A stretch of 64,000 bases of DNA from Mobula hypostoma (GCF_963921235.1 NC_086108.1:94428001-94492000); one strand, 5' to 3'; counted from the first letter of the stretch, positions 12,421 to 25,420 are shown. Numbers and translations: made by a program. Notes: a model not told the origin generated them from the sequence alone.

Positions 12421-13812
12421 CATCCACTCTTTAAGAAGGCAGAAAGGCAAAAGAAAGGAAATTATAGGCCAGTTAGCCTAAACTCAGTGATTGGGAAAGT
12501 GTTGGAGTCTATTATTAAGGATGAGGTTTTGAGGTACTTGGAGACAAATGATAAAATAAGTCAAAGCCAGCATGGTTTCTGTCAATGGAAATCTTGCCTG
12601 GCAAATCTGTTGGAGATCTTCGAGGAAATAACAAGCAGGGTGGACAAAGGAGAGGCAGTGGATGTCATTTACTTAGATTTTCAGAAGGCGTTTGATAAGG
12701 CACCACACGAGGCTGCTTAACAAGATAAAATCCAATGGTGTTACAGGAAAGATACTCGCATGGATAGCAGAACAGCTGACAGGCAGGAGGCAGCAAGTGG
12801 GAAGAAAGGGGGCCTTTTCTGATTGGCTGCCAGTGACTAGTGGTGTTCATCAGGAGTCAGTATTAGGACCGCTACTTTTCACATTGTTTGTCAATAACTT
12901 AGATAGTGGAATTGATGGCTTTGTGGCAAAGTTTACGGATGATACGAAGGTAGGTAGTGCTGGGGAAGCAATGCAATTTCAGCGGCACTTAGACAAATTG
13001 GAAGAATGGGCAAAAAAGTGGCAGATGGAATACAGTGTTGGGAAATATATGATAATGCATTTTGGTAAAAGGAACAATAGTGCAAACTATTATCTAAATG
13101 AGGAGAAGGTTCAGGTACAAAGTTTGTAAGACTCCCAGAAGGTTAATTTACAGGTTGAGTCTGTGGTAAAGGGGGCAAATGCAATGTTGGCACTTATTTC
13201 AAGGGGAATAGAATATAAAAGCAAGGAGATAATGCCAAGCCTTTATAAGACATTAGTCAGACCGCACTTGGAGTATTGTCAACAGTTTTGGGCCCATATC
13301 TCAGAAAGAATGCATTGTCATTCGAGAGTCCAGTGGAGGTTCACGAGGATGGCTCTGGGAATGAAGGGGTTAACATGTGAAGAGCATTTGGCAGCTTTGG
13401 GCCAGTACTCACTGGAACTTATAAGAATGTAGAGCAATCTCACTGAAACCTACCAAATTCTGAAAGGACTAGATAGGGTGGATGTGGTGAGGATATTTCC
13501 TATGATGGGGATATCCAGAACTAGAGGGCACAGCCTCAAAATTGAGAGGCGACCTTTTAGAACAGAGATAAGGAGGAATTTTTTTTAGCCAGAGAGTAGA
13601 GAATCTGTGGAATGCACTGCCACAGACTGCAGTGGGGGCCAAGTACATTGGTATATTTAAGGTGGAAGTTGATCGTTTCCTGATCGGTTGGGGCATCAAA
13701 GGATATGGTGAGAAGGCAGGTGTCTGGAGTTGAGTGGGATCTGGGATCAGCCATGATGGAATGGCAGAGCATACTCCATGGGTTGAATGACTTAATTCTG
13801 CTCCTATGTTAT
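12421..13812 (+). mobile_element. CR1-type LINE RT/3' end, inserted in an opposite-strand CR1 tail (12145-12420, 13815-14065)
   Basis: SQHGF..KSCLANL, DVIYLDFQKAFDK, SGVHQESVLGP, KFTDDTK, LVRPHLEYC. Confidence 0.9.
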
Positions 13813-15659
13813 GGTCTCCATTTTAAATATACCCTCTGACTTGCTCTCCACAGCCATTTGTGACAATGAATTCCACAGATTCACAACCCCCAAGAAACTC
13901 CTCCTCATCTCTTTTCTACAGGAATGCCCTTCTATTCTGAGAATGTGCCCCTTTGGTCCTAGACTCCCCCACAATAGGAAACATCCTCTCCACGTCCACT
14001 CTATCAAGGCCTTTCAATATTCGATATGCTTCAATGAAATTCCCCCTCATTCTTCTAAATTCCAATGTGTAAAACTGCTAAAGCATCACAACTTGGCTCT
14101 TGATATGCAAGAAGCTCCAACCTTTTCAATCTATGGTTTGATGTACATGCGTTAAATAAATCTGAATCAACTGGTGAGAATACCATGGAATGACACATAA
14201 TCTATGAATGCTGTGGTTAGGTAGGTAGCAGCAATACCTTCAAACCTTTAATGAATTTGTACTAGTCATCTTGTTATGTTTAAGTTTTAATGATTGCTGT
14301 ATCCAATCATTTTAAGATATAAATCTAATGGAAAGCAAAAGGAAAGCATTCAGTCACCATAAATATCCAATCCAAACCTAATATGGCTCAGCATAACTTA
14401 ATCATGGTCTCCATACAAGTTATTAATTTTTGAGCATTAACTGCTCAGGCATCTCCTTTATACTCCACACAGGACATGTACACATTTACCATTTAGATAC
14501 ATTTACCTCCAAAATCTGAATCCAAAACAAAAGAATGTTTTCTGATAATCATTCACGACATTCTTTAATGAAGAAATGTATACACTAGAATCTCAGTTAA
14601 GGTCCATCCTTCACTGTACACAACCCCCTGCAGCTTTCCTTTCTTGTGAAGGAAATTCAGAAAGAAAAATCAACATCACATTTGTCATATGTACATGTAT
14701 GTACAGGTACAATGAAAACTTACATTAGCACAGGCACATATAATTAACAAAGAAAAACATATAAACTATTTTTACAAAACCATCAACAAACCATTTGAAA
14801 ATCGAATCCCTCAGATTTAAGGCAAACTGTGTTCTAGCCTGATATACTTCACTACTTTCCAACAATGTTGACTGGGTTAGAAAATACAACTGGTTGATAA
14901 TGCACTCTTTGTTGACCCAATTGGAATGGGGTTAACAGATTTAATTGCGTCTTAAACCATGAAAAACATGCTACCACAGGTGCCAATAACCATTGCATCA
15001 ATCAGTATTTATCCAATCACTGTCCATCAAATGGATCCCAAAACACCACAATGTTGCAAGAATATCAGCATTCAAGTTCTCAAGAACCCTATAATTACAG
15101 CACTACTCAGACAGGTCTCTCGAAGTCTGACACTCCAATCCAACAGGAGTAGAGTGCTTACAGCATCCTGACTGCCTGAAATCTACATTTGGCACCTGGT
15201 AGAGAATCTAAGAGTTTCTTCACAGAAGGGACTAACACTGGTTTTATGATAATGACTAGGCACAGAGGAGCTAATAACCTGCAAACTGAAGGCATTTCTG
15301 GAATGAAATTCCACCATGTCTCATCAAGGAAACTGCCTGACAGGTCACTGCAGCAATGATCCATCAGAAACCCCAGGACGTAAAGAACAGATGGTAGGTT
15401 AAAGAGTACAGGAGGTCCAGCAACCTGCTAATAACCACAATATATGTGGATTCTTCTACTCCCATAAGGCATGTTACAGTCTCCAATCCCAAAACACCTT
15501 GTGTTTATAGTTAATTGGCTGCTAGATGCCCTGACTATTCTCACGTCACAATTCTATTATGGAGATATTGACAAACTGCCATCTCCACACACCTGAACCT
15601 GGTAAACTCTTGCTTACCAAAGGCTTCTTGATCAGCTTAATATGGGCCAAAAATTGACA

Positions 15660-16560
15660 AATGGCTTGCAATTTGGATGAGGGCAAGCTGTCATATTTGG
15701 GATGTCAAATCAGGATAGGACTTAATACAGTGAATGGTTGGGACCCTGGAGTACGTGGATCATTTGCTGAAAGCAATGTAATAGGTAAACAAGATGGTGA
15801 AGAAAGCACTTGGCTTGCTGGCCTTCTTCAGTAGGGCACTGGGTATAGCAGTTGGGACATTATGTTGCAAATGTACAAGATGTTGACAAGATTGCACTTT
15901 TGGTCACCCTGTTATAGGAAACAAATCATAAATTGGGAAGAGTGCAGAGATTATTTACAAAAATGATAACAAACTTAGACAAATGTCTCCAGATGCACAG
16001 CGGAGAGTATCTTAACCTGTTGCATCATGGACTGACATGGAAACACCAATGCCCAAGAACAGAAAAGACTAAAGTGGTGGATTCAGACAATACAAAGGCG
16101 AAGCCCTCCTCACTATTGAGTATATTTACATGGAGCACTACTACAAGAAAACAGCATTAATCATCAAACACCCCCACCATCCAGGCCATACCTTCTTCTC
16201 ACTTCTATCACTGGCAGAAGATACAGCCTTAGGTTCCACACCACCAGGTTCAGGAACAGTTATTACCCCACAACCACCATGCTCCTGAACTGGCATGGAT
16301 AATAACCTCATTCATCACTATTCTGAACTGATTTCATGAGCTACAGACTCACTTTCCAGGCCACTTTACAATTCATGTTCTCCGTATTATTTATTTGCAC
16401 AGTTTGTCTTTTGCACATTGGTTCTGCGTCAGTCTCTTACGTACAGTTTTTCGTAAATTTTATTGTACTTTTTTCCTGTAAATGGCTACAAGAAAATGAA
16501 TCTCAAGGTAGTATATAATAACATAACTACTTTGACAATAAACTTACTTTGAATTTTGAA
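15660..16560 (+). mobile_element. Adjacent old CR1 fragment and Rex1/Babar 3' end
   Basis: GRVQRLFTKMI (CR1-like), followed by CCCCACCATCCAGGCCAT...ACCAGGTTCAGGAACAGTTATTACCC and an AATAAA/(TTTGAA)n tail. Confidence 0.65.
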
Positions 16561-17829
16561 TTTATGAGTATGCTGCAAGGACTCAAGGACCTGTTCCCAT
16601 GGTGTATTACTCCACTAGTGAAGTTCTTAGCCCTGCTTTGTGCAATAGCACTTTCCCACAAAAGCATCGCAATAACTAAATACAAATGCATAGACTTGAT
16701 ATAAAGAAATTGCAACTCTAATTCACAAATCTAAGCTTTGCATCCACACTTTTGAGTCCAGATTAATTACAGCATTGCATTTATTTTTGCTTTCTTAATA
16801 TAAATTGGTCAGTAATAATCTTTCAAAGAACTCTCTTTTTCCATTTGCTAATCCAATCAGAATCAGAAAGATCAATGGCGGCGAATGTTGAAAATGGGGT
16901 ACTGGCATACGTAAAATACGAATTCTACTCACCTCTGGCTTTTGTCCAAAAACAACTTAGATTGTCTTAGACAGATTTAAATCTCAATATTTTAATTACT
17001 CGGCACGTTTCTAAAGTCCTTAAGTTTCAGTAACTTAAGCTACGTTGTGTTTTATCTTCAATATCAATAGACATTATTAGTTTTTTTTAAATTTATGGCC
17101 TGACTCATTTCCAGGATAATATAATTAAGTGCATAATGGAACATATGTTTGAAATTGCAATATTTCTGTTGAGATGTGTACGACTGCTCTTCTTAGGCAA
17201 GCTATGTTAAATCTCCCTTTTCGGGCGGAAAATAAAGACTTATTAGTTCTCAGCCGTTTTTGTTCATTCCGATACCTACCCAAACACTCAATCCTTTCTC
17301 TTAAGAGCTTAAATACTTTGGGCCAATATATTCTCCCGGAGGGAGAGAGGCGGACCTGTCACCAGCCACCTTACCAAGAAGACAATGAGGAGAACTTGCA
17401 CAAAGCGATATATCAGAACGAACTACATTGACTTGCGTACTTGCAGCCATAGATCTTAATGTAAAATAGTTAAACCGCCACGCTGTCCACATTGTGGCCA
17501 AAAGAAAATTTACAATCGCTTCGAAACAGCCAAACCGAGTGCTAACCATTTTCATTTTTTTTCCAATCAAAATTGAGACCTTATACCTGGTCTGTTCAGA
17601 ACGCAATGCATGGGGAAAATGAGACATGGTTGTGCCGTGCTTCCATTCTCAATTACACCAAATAAATGGGAACGAACAAGTGACCGTTTTGGAAGTTGCA
17701 AAACAAAATTCCATTCAACGGAATCCATTTAAAAAAAACATAATGCAGCGAAAAAAAAGTAAAGGTGTGCCACGCTGCCTTCTGATCGAAGGCTTAATTT
17801 ACACTGTGGTGCCTTTCCCATTTATTTGC

Positions 17830-18800
17830 TGAGGCGAAATCGCTCAATTTTGACACGGGGTCCAAGCGGTCGGAGAGACAGACAATAGTTTAAACGATCG
17901 CGAAGGACCTGGCAGACGTTGTGGTCTCAAGTGCCCCCTCCCACCGCCCATTTCCACCGTGCGCTTTGTTCAGGCAACCAGAGATCTCGTCCTCCCGACA
18001 CAATACAGCCGCCCAGCTGACAACCGTCCCCTCAGATAAACTTCGGCACAAAGAGTTCCCTCTGCCTCCACATCACCTCAAAACCAACACACACACACAA
18101 CACAAATAAATTACAACAGTTCAACTTTCCCCAGGTGTGACGGGGAGAGGGGGGTGGGGGGAGAGCGAGAGAAAATAAAAGCTGTTTCTCTGCCAACCTC
18201 CTTCCCTCTCAACACCGGCGACAACTCACAGGAGCCACCCGGGTTGAGGCGTCGATGCCGCGGCTGTTCAGTCGCAGAGGAGAGGTGTAAAGACCATTGC
18301 CTTGCCAACCAATGCCAGACAAACGCCACCTTCGCCTCGGCCCCGGCTGGTAGCATAATAAAAATAAGTAGAATAAATAAAAGCCCTCACTCACCCAAAG
18401 TTCCGTGCCCCAGTGCATGGCTCCGGCTGCTCGTTACCCGTGAGGGAAAGGGGGGTTTGAAATAAACCTGTCGGCCGAGCTCTGTTCTCGCCGGCTCAGT
18501 ACGAGGATGTGTGTGTGTGTGTGCGCTGAGAGACTGCCGTCAGCCGCCAGCCACCACCGCCTCCTCCTTGTCCTCGCCAGGCGAGCGCTTCATTTACATT
18601 CGCAGTGGAAGCCGGGATGCTGGAGGTCTCCGACCTGCGCTGAGATTGGAGCGGAGTCCGCCCGGGACAGTTTGCCAGGGTGGCGTTGACCGGCTCTGAG
18701 TGGGTTCCAATATTCATTTACTGAACACACAGTGATTCAGGTAGACAAGTGCGTGTGACGAAAAAAAACACAACAACTCCGCTACGGATTGTTTAATCAA
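17830..18800 (-). promoter_or_regulatory. CpG island / promoter and 5'UTR of FNBP1L
   Basis: The only repeat-free GC- and CpG-rich block in the window. It surrounds the ATG exon and has a GC box (CCGCCC ~18658), CCAAT/ATTGG (~18644, ~18707) and GTGACG sites (~18755, ~18838). Confidence 0.75.
18395..18418 (-). CDS. FNBP1L: Formin-binding protein 1-like (TOCA-1, F-BAR family), coding exon 1
   Basis: GGAGCC ATG CAC TGG GGC ACG GAA CTT TGG | GTGAGT gives MHWGTELW with a Kozak context and a canonical phase-0 donor. FNBP1/FNBP1L/TRIP10 proteins begin MxWGTELW. The paralogue is assigned by synteny with DR1. Confidence 0.88.
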
Positions 18801-18949
18801 TCTCACAAAATCATGATAATATTTACACCTCCGTGTAGTGACGAATAAGAAGTAAAGGTGTTGAATGAGTCTTTCACTTTGCTGGGGATAAAATGATACC
18901 GATTACCACTTTGATAGTGAACCTTGAAGTATAATATTCGCAAGAAGTA

Positions 18950-19835
18950 GTGAATTGGGTTAGTAAATTTACTGATCACCCAAAAGTTGGGGGTGTTTTG
19001 GATAGCGTGGAGGGCTGTCAGAGGTTACAGCGGGACATTGATAGGATGCAAAACTGGGCTGATGGAGTTAAACCCAGATAACTGTGAGGTGGTTCATTTT
19101 GGTAGGTCAAATATGATGACAGAATATAGTATTAATGGCAGTGTGGAGGAGCAGAGGGATCTTGGGGTCCGGGTCCATAGGACATTCAAAGCTGCTACGC
19201 AGGTTCACTCTGCGGTTAAGAAATCATATGCTGCATTGGCCTTCACCAATCATGGGATTGAATTTAGGAGCCGAGAGGTAATGTTGTAGCTAAATAGGAC
19301 CCTGGTCAGACCCCACTTGGAGTACTGTGCTCAGTTCTGGTCGCCTCACCACAGAAACGTGGAAACCATAGAAAGGGTGCAGAGGAGATTTGAGGATGTT
19401 GCCTGGATTGGGACGCATACCTTATGAGAATAGGTTGAGTGAACTTGGCCTTTTCTCCTTGGAGCGACGGAGGATGAGAGGTGACCTGATAGAGGTGTAT
19501 AAGATGATGAGAGGCATTGATCATGTGGATAGTCAAAGGCTTTTTCTCAGGGCTGAAATGGCTAGCACAAAAGAGCTTTGTTGTAAGGTGCTTGGAAGTA
19601 CGTACAGAGGAGATATCGGGGTAAGTTTTTTACACAGGGGTGAGTGCATGGAATGGGCTGCCAGTGACGGTGGTGGAGGCGGATACGATAGGGTCTTTTA
19701 AGAGACTCCTGGATAGGTACATGGAGCTTAGAAACATAGAGGGCTATGGATAACCCGAGGTAATTTCTAAGGTAAGGACATGTTGGGCACAATACCAAAG
19801 GGCCTGTATGGTGCTGTAGGTTTTCTAAGCTTCTA
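18950..19835 (+). mobile_element. CR1 (HER1-like) LINE 3' fragment
   Basis: CEVVHFGRSN, EQRDLGV, LVRPHLEYCAQFWSP, LERRRMRGDLIEVYK. Confidence 0.9.
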
Positions 19836-20654
19836 AGAGACCGAAGACCTGAATTTTGAAGACTTGTCATGTTTCTTGGATTTACTGAGTGTGCCGCAAG
19901 AAAACGAATCACGATGAGTTATATACGGTGAATAATATGTAAAGTTAACAAATATAATATTGTTTTAGTACAAATTTGAAATAAAGGTTAGTGGGGGAAA
20001 GATGAGCACGTTTGTATGAGCACTTTAAGGGGGATATGTACAGACTAAAGCATTCTCTCATCATTCTGAATGATACCCAACATAATTAAATTCAAGAATG
20101 TGATTAACATTCATGTGATACATTGAAACATTTATTCCAGTCCATCTCTTGCTTAATTGTCCAATAAATAAATATTAAAGAACGGCCTTAGCCCAAAACG
20201 TCAACTGTCTATTCACTTCTACAGATGCTGCCTGACCTGCCGAGTTCCTCCAGCACTTTGTGAGTGTTGCTTTGGATTTCCAGCGTCTGCAGACTTCCTT
20301 GTGATAATGGAAAATACTGCCAACTGACTGAAAGACTATTTCTCTATTAGGAGATGCAGTCTAGCCCACTGAGTACCTCCACCATGTTCCATATTTGCTT
20401 TTTTACTAGTTAAGTAGACCTCACCAAAAACTAAAGAGGTTCCACATCTGATGAAAAGACTGAGCAGGGCAGTTGTGGCAGAGAAGATTGTGAACTGCTG
20501 ACACGTGTCGATCTGTGTTCAGTACTGAAGACTGTTGATAACTTTTAAGTCAGGTTGATCATGTACCATTGGTACCAAGTTCTCCCAAAATAATAGGTAA
20601 CGGTAATTTGTTAGGAAAAATATTCCTGAAAGCAATGACAGTGCATGACAAAAC

Positions 20655-21070
20655 ACATACTTTATACTTTATACTTTATTGTCACCAAACAATTGATACT
20701 AGAATGTACAATCATCATAGCGATATTTGATTCTGTGCTTCCCACTCCCTGGATTACAAATCAATAGTAAATATTAAAAATTTAAATTATAAATCATAAA
20801 TAGAACAGAGAAAAATGGAAAGTAAGGTAGTGCAAAAAAACTGAGATGCAGGTCCAGATATTTTGAGGGTACGGACCCGATCCGGGTCAGGATCCGTTCA
20901 GCAGTCTTATCACAGTTGGAAAGAAGCTGTTCCCAAATCTGGCCGTACGAGTCTTCAAGCTCCTGAACCTTCTCCCGGAGGGAAGAGGGGCGAAAAGTGT
21001 GTTGGCTGGGTGGGTCGTGTCCTTGATTATTCTGGCAGCACTGCTCCAACAGCATGCGGTGTAAAGTGAG
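20655..21070 (-). mobile_element. Rex1/Babar-type LINE 3' end
   Basis: AARIIKDTTHPANTLFAPLPSGRRFRSLKTRTARFGNSFFP, followed by an AATAAA(GTATAAA)n tail. Confidence 0.85.
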
Positions 21071-21830
21071 ATATGATCATGATACAATATTGTTGTCCTG
21101 TCTTGAGGTTGCAAGGGAATCCCATAATTTCAGGTCTCAAGGTGGATTTAATGTTTCAAATGAATGAGGCATGTTTAACAGTGGGTTTCATGAAGTTCAA
21201 ATAACCAGCAGAAACTGGCTGCAAATATCCTGTTGTGCAAGTAATGTGAGACTGTCAATTGACACTGCATACCTACAGATGTGTTCTACCCGAGTATCAC
21301 AAACACTCGTTATCATTAAAACTATAATTCCTCAAATTTCTCTGGACTATTAGAAACTTCTTGAATATCACTTAATTGTTATCTCCTTTTATCAGCCCAA
21401 CAAATTATATAAACTATACAGTATGTAAAATAGGGAAACTTAAAATTTGGAAGTCATTTATTTAGCAAATTCAAATGTTTTTAATGTATTTACACTTCTG
21501 AAAATACATTAGCAATTACATTGAGCAAGGCAACATGTTACTGATGTATGTCTTGAGCTCTTTAGTATTATCAATCATCAAATGCTGGTGTTTAGAGCAG
21601 CAATGAAAGTCCCCCATCTCTGTATTAGATTTTTCATTGATGTTTACGTACTAATTTTTTTTGACTAGTCAGAGTTGTTAGCCCTGAGCTGAATTCTTTA
21701 GTATATATGTTGATAATTCTATAACACTACTGATTGTGTAATATTGGCAAGTTTTGTATTTATATCATTTCATGCTTTAGGTAATTAATTTCCTCCTACA
21801 CATGAGTATTCAATCAGGTAATGATAATTA

Positions 21831-22151
21831 AATTAAATTAAGGCATCTGTTAGTCTTGCGAGACCATGGATCTGCGCCTGGAAAGTCTTCACTCTCCAGG
21901 GCGCGGGCTTGGGCAAGGTTGTATAGAAGACCGGCAGTTGCCCATGCTGCAAGTCTCCCCTCTCCATGACACTGATGTTGTCCAAGGGAAGGGCAAAGGC
22001 CGATACAGCTCGGCACCAGTGTCGTCGCAGAGCACTGTGTGGTTAAGTGCCTTGCTCAAAGACACAACACGTTGCCTCGGCTGGGGCTCGAACTCACGAC
22101 CTTCAGATCACTAGTTCAATGCCTTAACCACTTGGCCAAGTGCCCACACCA
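21831..22151 (-). mobile_element. tRNA-derived CORE-type SINE with RTE-like tail
   Basis: A box TGGCCAAGTGG, B box GAGTTCGAGCCC, CORE-like GTGTCTTTGAGCAAGGCACTTAACC, 3' end CCATGGTCTCGCAAGACTAACAGATGCC(TTTAA)n. TSD AATGATAATTA at 21820-21830 and 22152-22162. Confidence 0.85.
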
Positions 22152-22521
22152 AATGATAATTACACAACACACAAGATGTTGAGTGAGCTCAGCAGGTTAG
22201 AGAACATCTTGGAGGGGAATAAACAGTTGATGTTTATTTTCCTCCATAGATGCTGCCTGACCTGTTGAGACTCCCCAGCACTTTATGCATGTTGCTCTGC
22301 ATTTCTCGCATTAGCAGAATGGTAATAATGCACTTGCTCTTTCAGCTGAATTAGCTGAATTATGACCAAGGGATGAAACACTAGTCAATATCCTCATCCC
22401 CAGCCCAGCTATAGGGAAAAAAAGCTAAACAACTCATGAGGTCCCAAGACTAGATGTGGAAGTTTTAGTTGAGCAGACACAGCAGTAGTACAGAGAGGAG
22501 GTGGAAGAGCTTGTGACCCAG

Positions 22522-23155
22522 TGACAATAGACAATAGGTGCAGGAGTAGGCCATTCAGCCCTTCGAGCCAGCACCACCATTCACTGTGATCATGGCTGAT
22601 CATCCATAATCAGTATCCAGTTCCTGCCTTATCCCCATAACCTTTGATTCTGCTATCTTTAACAGCTCTATCCATCTCTTTCTTGAAAGCATCCAGAGAC
22701 TTGGCCTCCACAGCCTGCTGGGGCAGAGCATTCCATACATCCACCACTCTCTGGGTGAAAAAGTTTTTCCTCAACTCCGTTCTAACTGGCCTACCCCTTA
22801 TTCTTAAACTGTGGCCTCTGGTTCTGGACTCACCCATCAGCGGGAACATGCTTCCTGCCTCCAGCGTGTCCAATCCCTTAATAATCTTATATGTTTCAAT
22901 AAGATCCCCTCTTAGCCCTCTAAATTCCAGAGTATTCAAGCCCAGTCGCTCTAATCTTTCGACATATGACAGTCCCGCCATCCCGGGAATTAACTTTGTG
23001 AACCTACGCTGCACTCCCTCAATAGCAAGAATGTTTTTCCTCAAATTTGGAGACCAAAACTGCACACAGTACTCCAGGTGTTGTCTCACCAAGGCCCTGT
23101 ACAGCTGCAGAAGGACTTCTTTGCTCTTCTACTCAATTCCCCTTGTTATGAAGGT
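22522..23155 (-). mobile_element. CR1-type LINE 3' fragment
   Basis: ORF 22610-23092: HLEYCVQFWSP..EGVQRRFT..RGDLIETYK..TRGHSL..FFTQRVV. Confidence 0.92.
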
Positions 23156-23340
23156 CAGGCAAATAACCTCTTCCTCAATATCAGCAAGACATAGGAGATG
23201 ATTATTGACTTCAGGAGAACTTACACCCCTCTTTATATCAGTGGCACAGCAGTGGAAACTGCAAGCAGTTCCAAACTCCTGGGAGTGCAAAACCTCACAT
23301 AGTCACAGATCCCATCCTATACAGTTAGGAAAGCTCACCA

Positions 23341-23584
23341 ATCCAACACGCATGATGAACTCAGCAGGCCAGGCAGCGTCCATGGAAAAGAGTAAACAGT
23401 CGACATTTTAGGCCGAGACCCCTCATCAGGACTAATGAAGGCTCTGAGTCCCAACAAAGGGTCTCAGCCCAAAACGTCGACTGTTTACTCTCTTCCATAG
23501 ATGCTGCCTGGCCTGCTGAGTTCCTCCAGCATGTTGTGTGTGTTGGTTGGGAATTCCAGCATCTGCAGATTTTCGTGCATTTGT
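23341..23584. mobile_element. Fold-back mini-element made of two inverted Penelope 3' ends, each with a decayed hammerhead
   Basis: Arms are reverse complements around a 13-nt spacer (23434-23446). Perfect TSD AAAGCTCACCA at 23330-23340 and 23585-23595. Confidence 0.85.
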
Positions 23585-23784
23585 AAAGCTCACCACTGAG
23601 GAGGCTGAAGAGAGCTGGAGTAAGCGCATCTACTACTCACATCATTCCACAGGTGCGCAGTAGAGAGCATCTGATGCTGCATCACCGAATGGTACAGAAC
23701 CTGAACAGCGGCAGACAGGAGGACGCCACCTGTCAAAACGGGCCAATATATCACCAGTATGGCCTCCCTGCCATCTAGGACATA

Positions 23785-25420
23785 CAGTGCCTAAAAAAGG
23801 TATGTGTGTTGCTTGAAATTCCAGCATCTGCAGATTTCCTCGTGTTTGCATTCTCCCCCCTTGGAAGATTTCATGTTTTATTGTTTTACAACATTGAATC
23901 ACAGTGGATTTAATTTGGCTTTTTTGACACCGATTATCAGAAAAAGACTGTTTTATGTCAATGTGAAAACAGATCTCTTCAAAGTGATCTAAATTAATTA
24001 CAAATATAAAACACAAAATAATTGATTGCTTAAGTATTCATCTCCATTTAATATGAGACACCATATCATCACTGGCACAGCCATTTGGTTTTAGAAGTTA
24101 CATCATTGGTTAAATGGAGATCGGTTTTTGGAAACCTGTGTGCAGTCAAGGTGCTTCATTTGATTGTAATAAAAACACACCTGTATCTGGATGGTCCAAC
24201 TACTGGTCAGTCAGTGTCCTGGCAAAAACTACACCATGAAGACAAAAGAACACTCCAAGCAACTCTGCAAAAAGGTTATTGAAAAGCACGAGTCAGGAAA
24301 TGGATGCAAGAAGATTTCCAAGTCACTGAATATACCTTGGAGTACAGTTAAGTCAATCGTCAAGAAATGGAAAGAATATGGCACAGCTGTAAATATTCCC
24401 AGAGAAGGCCGTCCTCAAAAACTGAGTGACTGTGCATGAAGAAGTAGGAGAGGTTTCCAAGAGACCTGTGACAACTCTGGAGAAGTTACAAGCTTCAGTG
24501 GCTGAGATGGGAGAGATGGTGCATACAACAACTGTTGCCCGGGTGCTTCACCTATCACAGCTTTATGGCAGAGTGGCAAAGAGAAAGCCACTGTTGAAAA
24601 CAACTCATATGAAATCTCAGCTAGAGTTTGCCAGAAGGCATGTGGGAGACCTGGAACTCAACCAAGTTTCTGTGGTCTGATGAAACCAAAATTGAACTTT
24701 TTGGCCATCATACTAAATGCTATGTTTGGTGTAAACATAACACATCATCAAAAACACGCCATTCCTATTGTGACGCATGGTAGTGACTGCATCATGCTGT
24801 GGGGATGCTTCACTGCAGCAGGCCCTGGAAGGCTTGCGAAGGTAGAGGGTAAAATGAATGCAGCAAAATACAGAGAAATCCTAGGGGAATACTTGATGCA
24901 GTCTGCAAGAGAACTGCGACTTGGGAGAGGATTTGTTTTCTAAAAAGACAATGAACTCAAGCATAAAGGAATGGCTTTAAAACAACAAAGTTAATGTCTT
25001 TGAGTGGCCAAGTCAGAGTCCAGAACTCAATCCAATTTAGAATTTGTGACTGGACTTGAAAAGGGTTGTCACTCACAATCCCCATGCAATCTGACAGAGC
25101 TTAAGCAGTTTTGTAAGGAAGAATGGGGAAAAATTGCAGCGTCCAGGTGTGCAATGCTGATAGAGACCTATCCACACAGACTCAAGCCTGTAATTACTGT
25201 CAAAGGTGCATCTGCTTCTTGAAGGGCTGAATACTTATGCAATCAATTATTTTGTGTTTTATATTTGTACTTAATTTAGATCACTTTGTAGAGATCTGTT
25301 TTCACTTTGACATAAAATTCTGTTGATCGGTGACAAAAAGCCAAATTAAATCCACTGTGATTCAAAGTTGTAAAACAATAAAACATGAAAAATTCCAAGG
25401 GTGCTAATTCCAAGGCACTG
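23785..25420 (+). mobile_element. Tc1 DNA transposon with long (~200 bp) TIRs and a decayed transposase (ATG 24236 to ~25220)
   Basis: TA|CAGTGCCT...AGGCACTG|TA. Transposase pieces MKTKEHSKQL..GCKKISKSLNIPWSTVKSIVKKWKEYG, WSDETKIELFG, IMLWGCF, WPSQSPELNPI, with several stops and frameshifts. Confidence 0.93.

Noticed and set aside
18209..18394. Remainder of the ORF MHWGTELWVSEGF...
   Set aside because: Lies beyond the GTGAGT donor, so it is intron 1 sequence.
3962..18394. Search for FNBP1L exon 2 (DQFD..DKHTQWGIDF)
   Set aside because: Not found by eye or in the ORF track. It is probably outside the window, but a short exon could have been missed.
22075..22145. tRNA-like sequences here and at 33665-33735, 28152-28200 and 42135-42200
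   Set aside because: These are SINE heads fused to CORE or V domains and LINE-derived tails; no complete cloverleaf.
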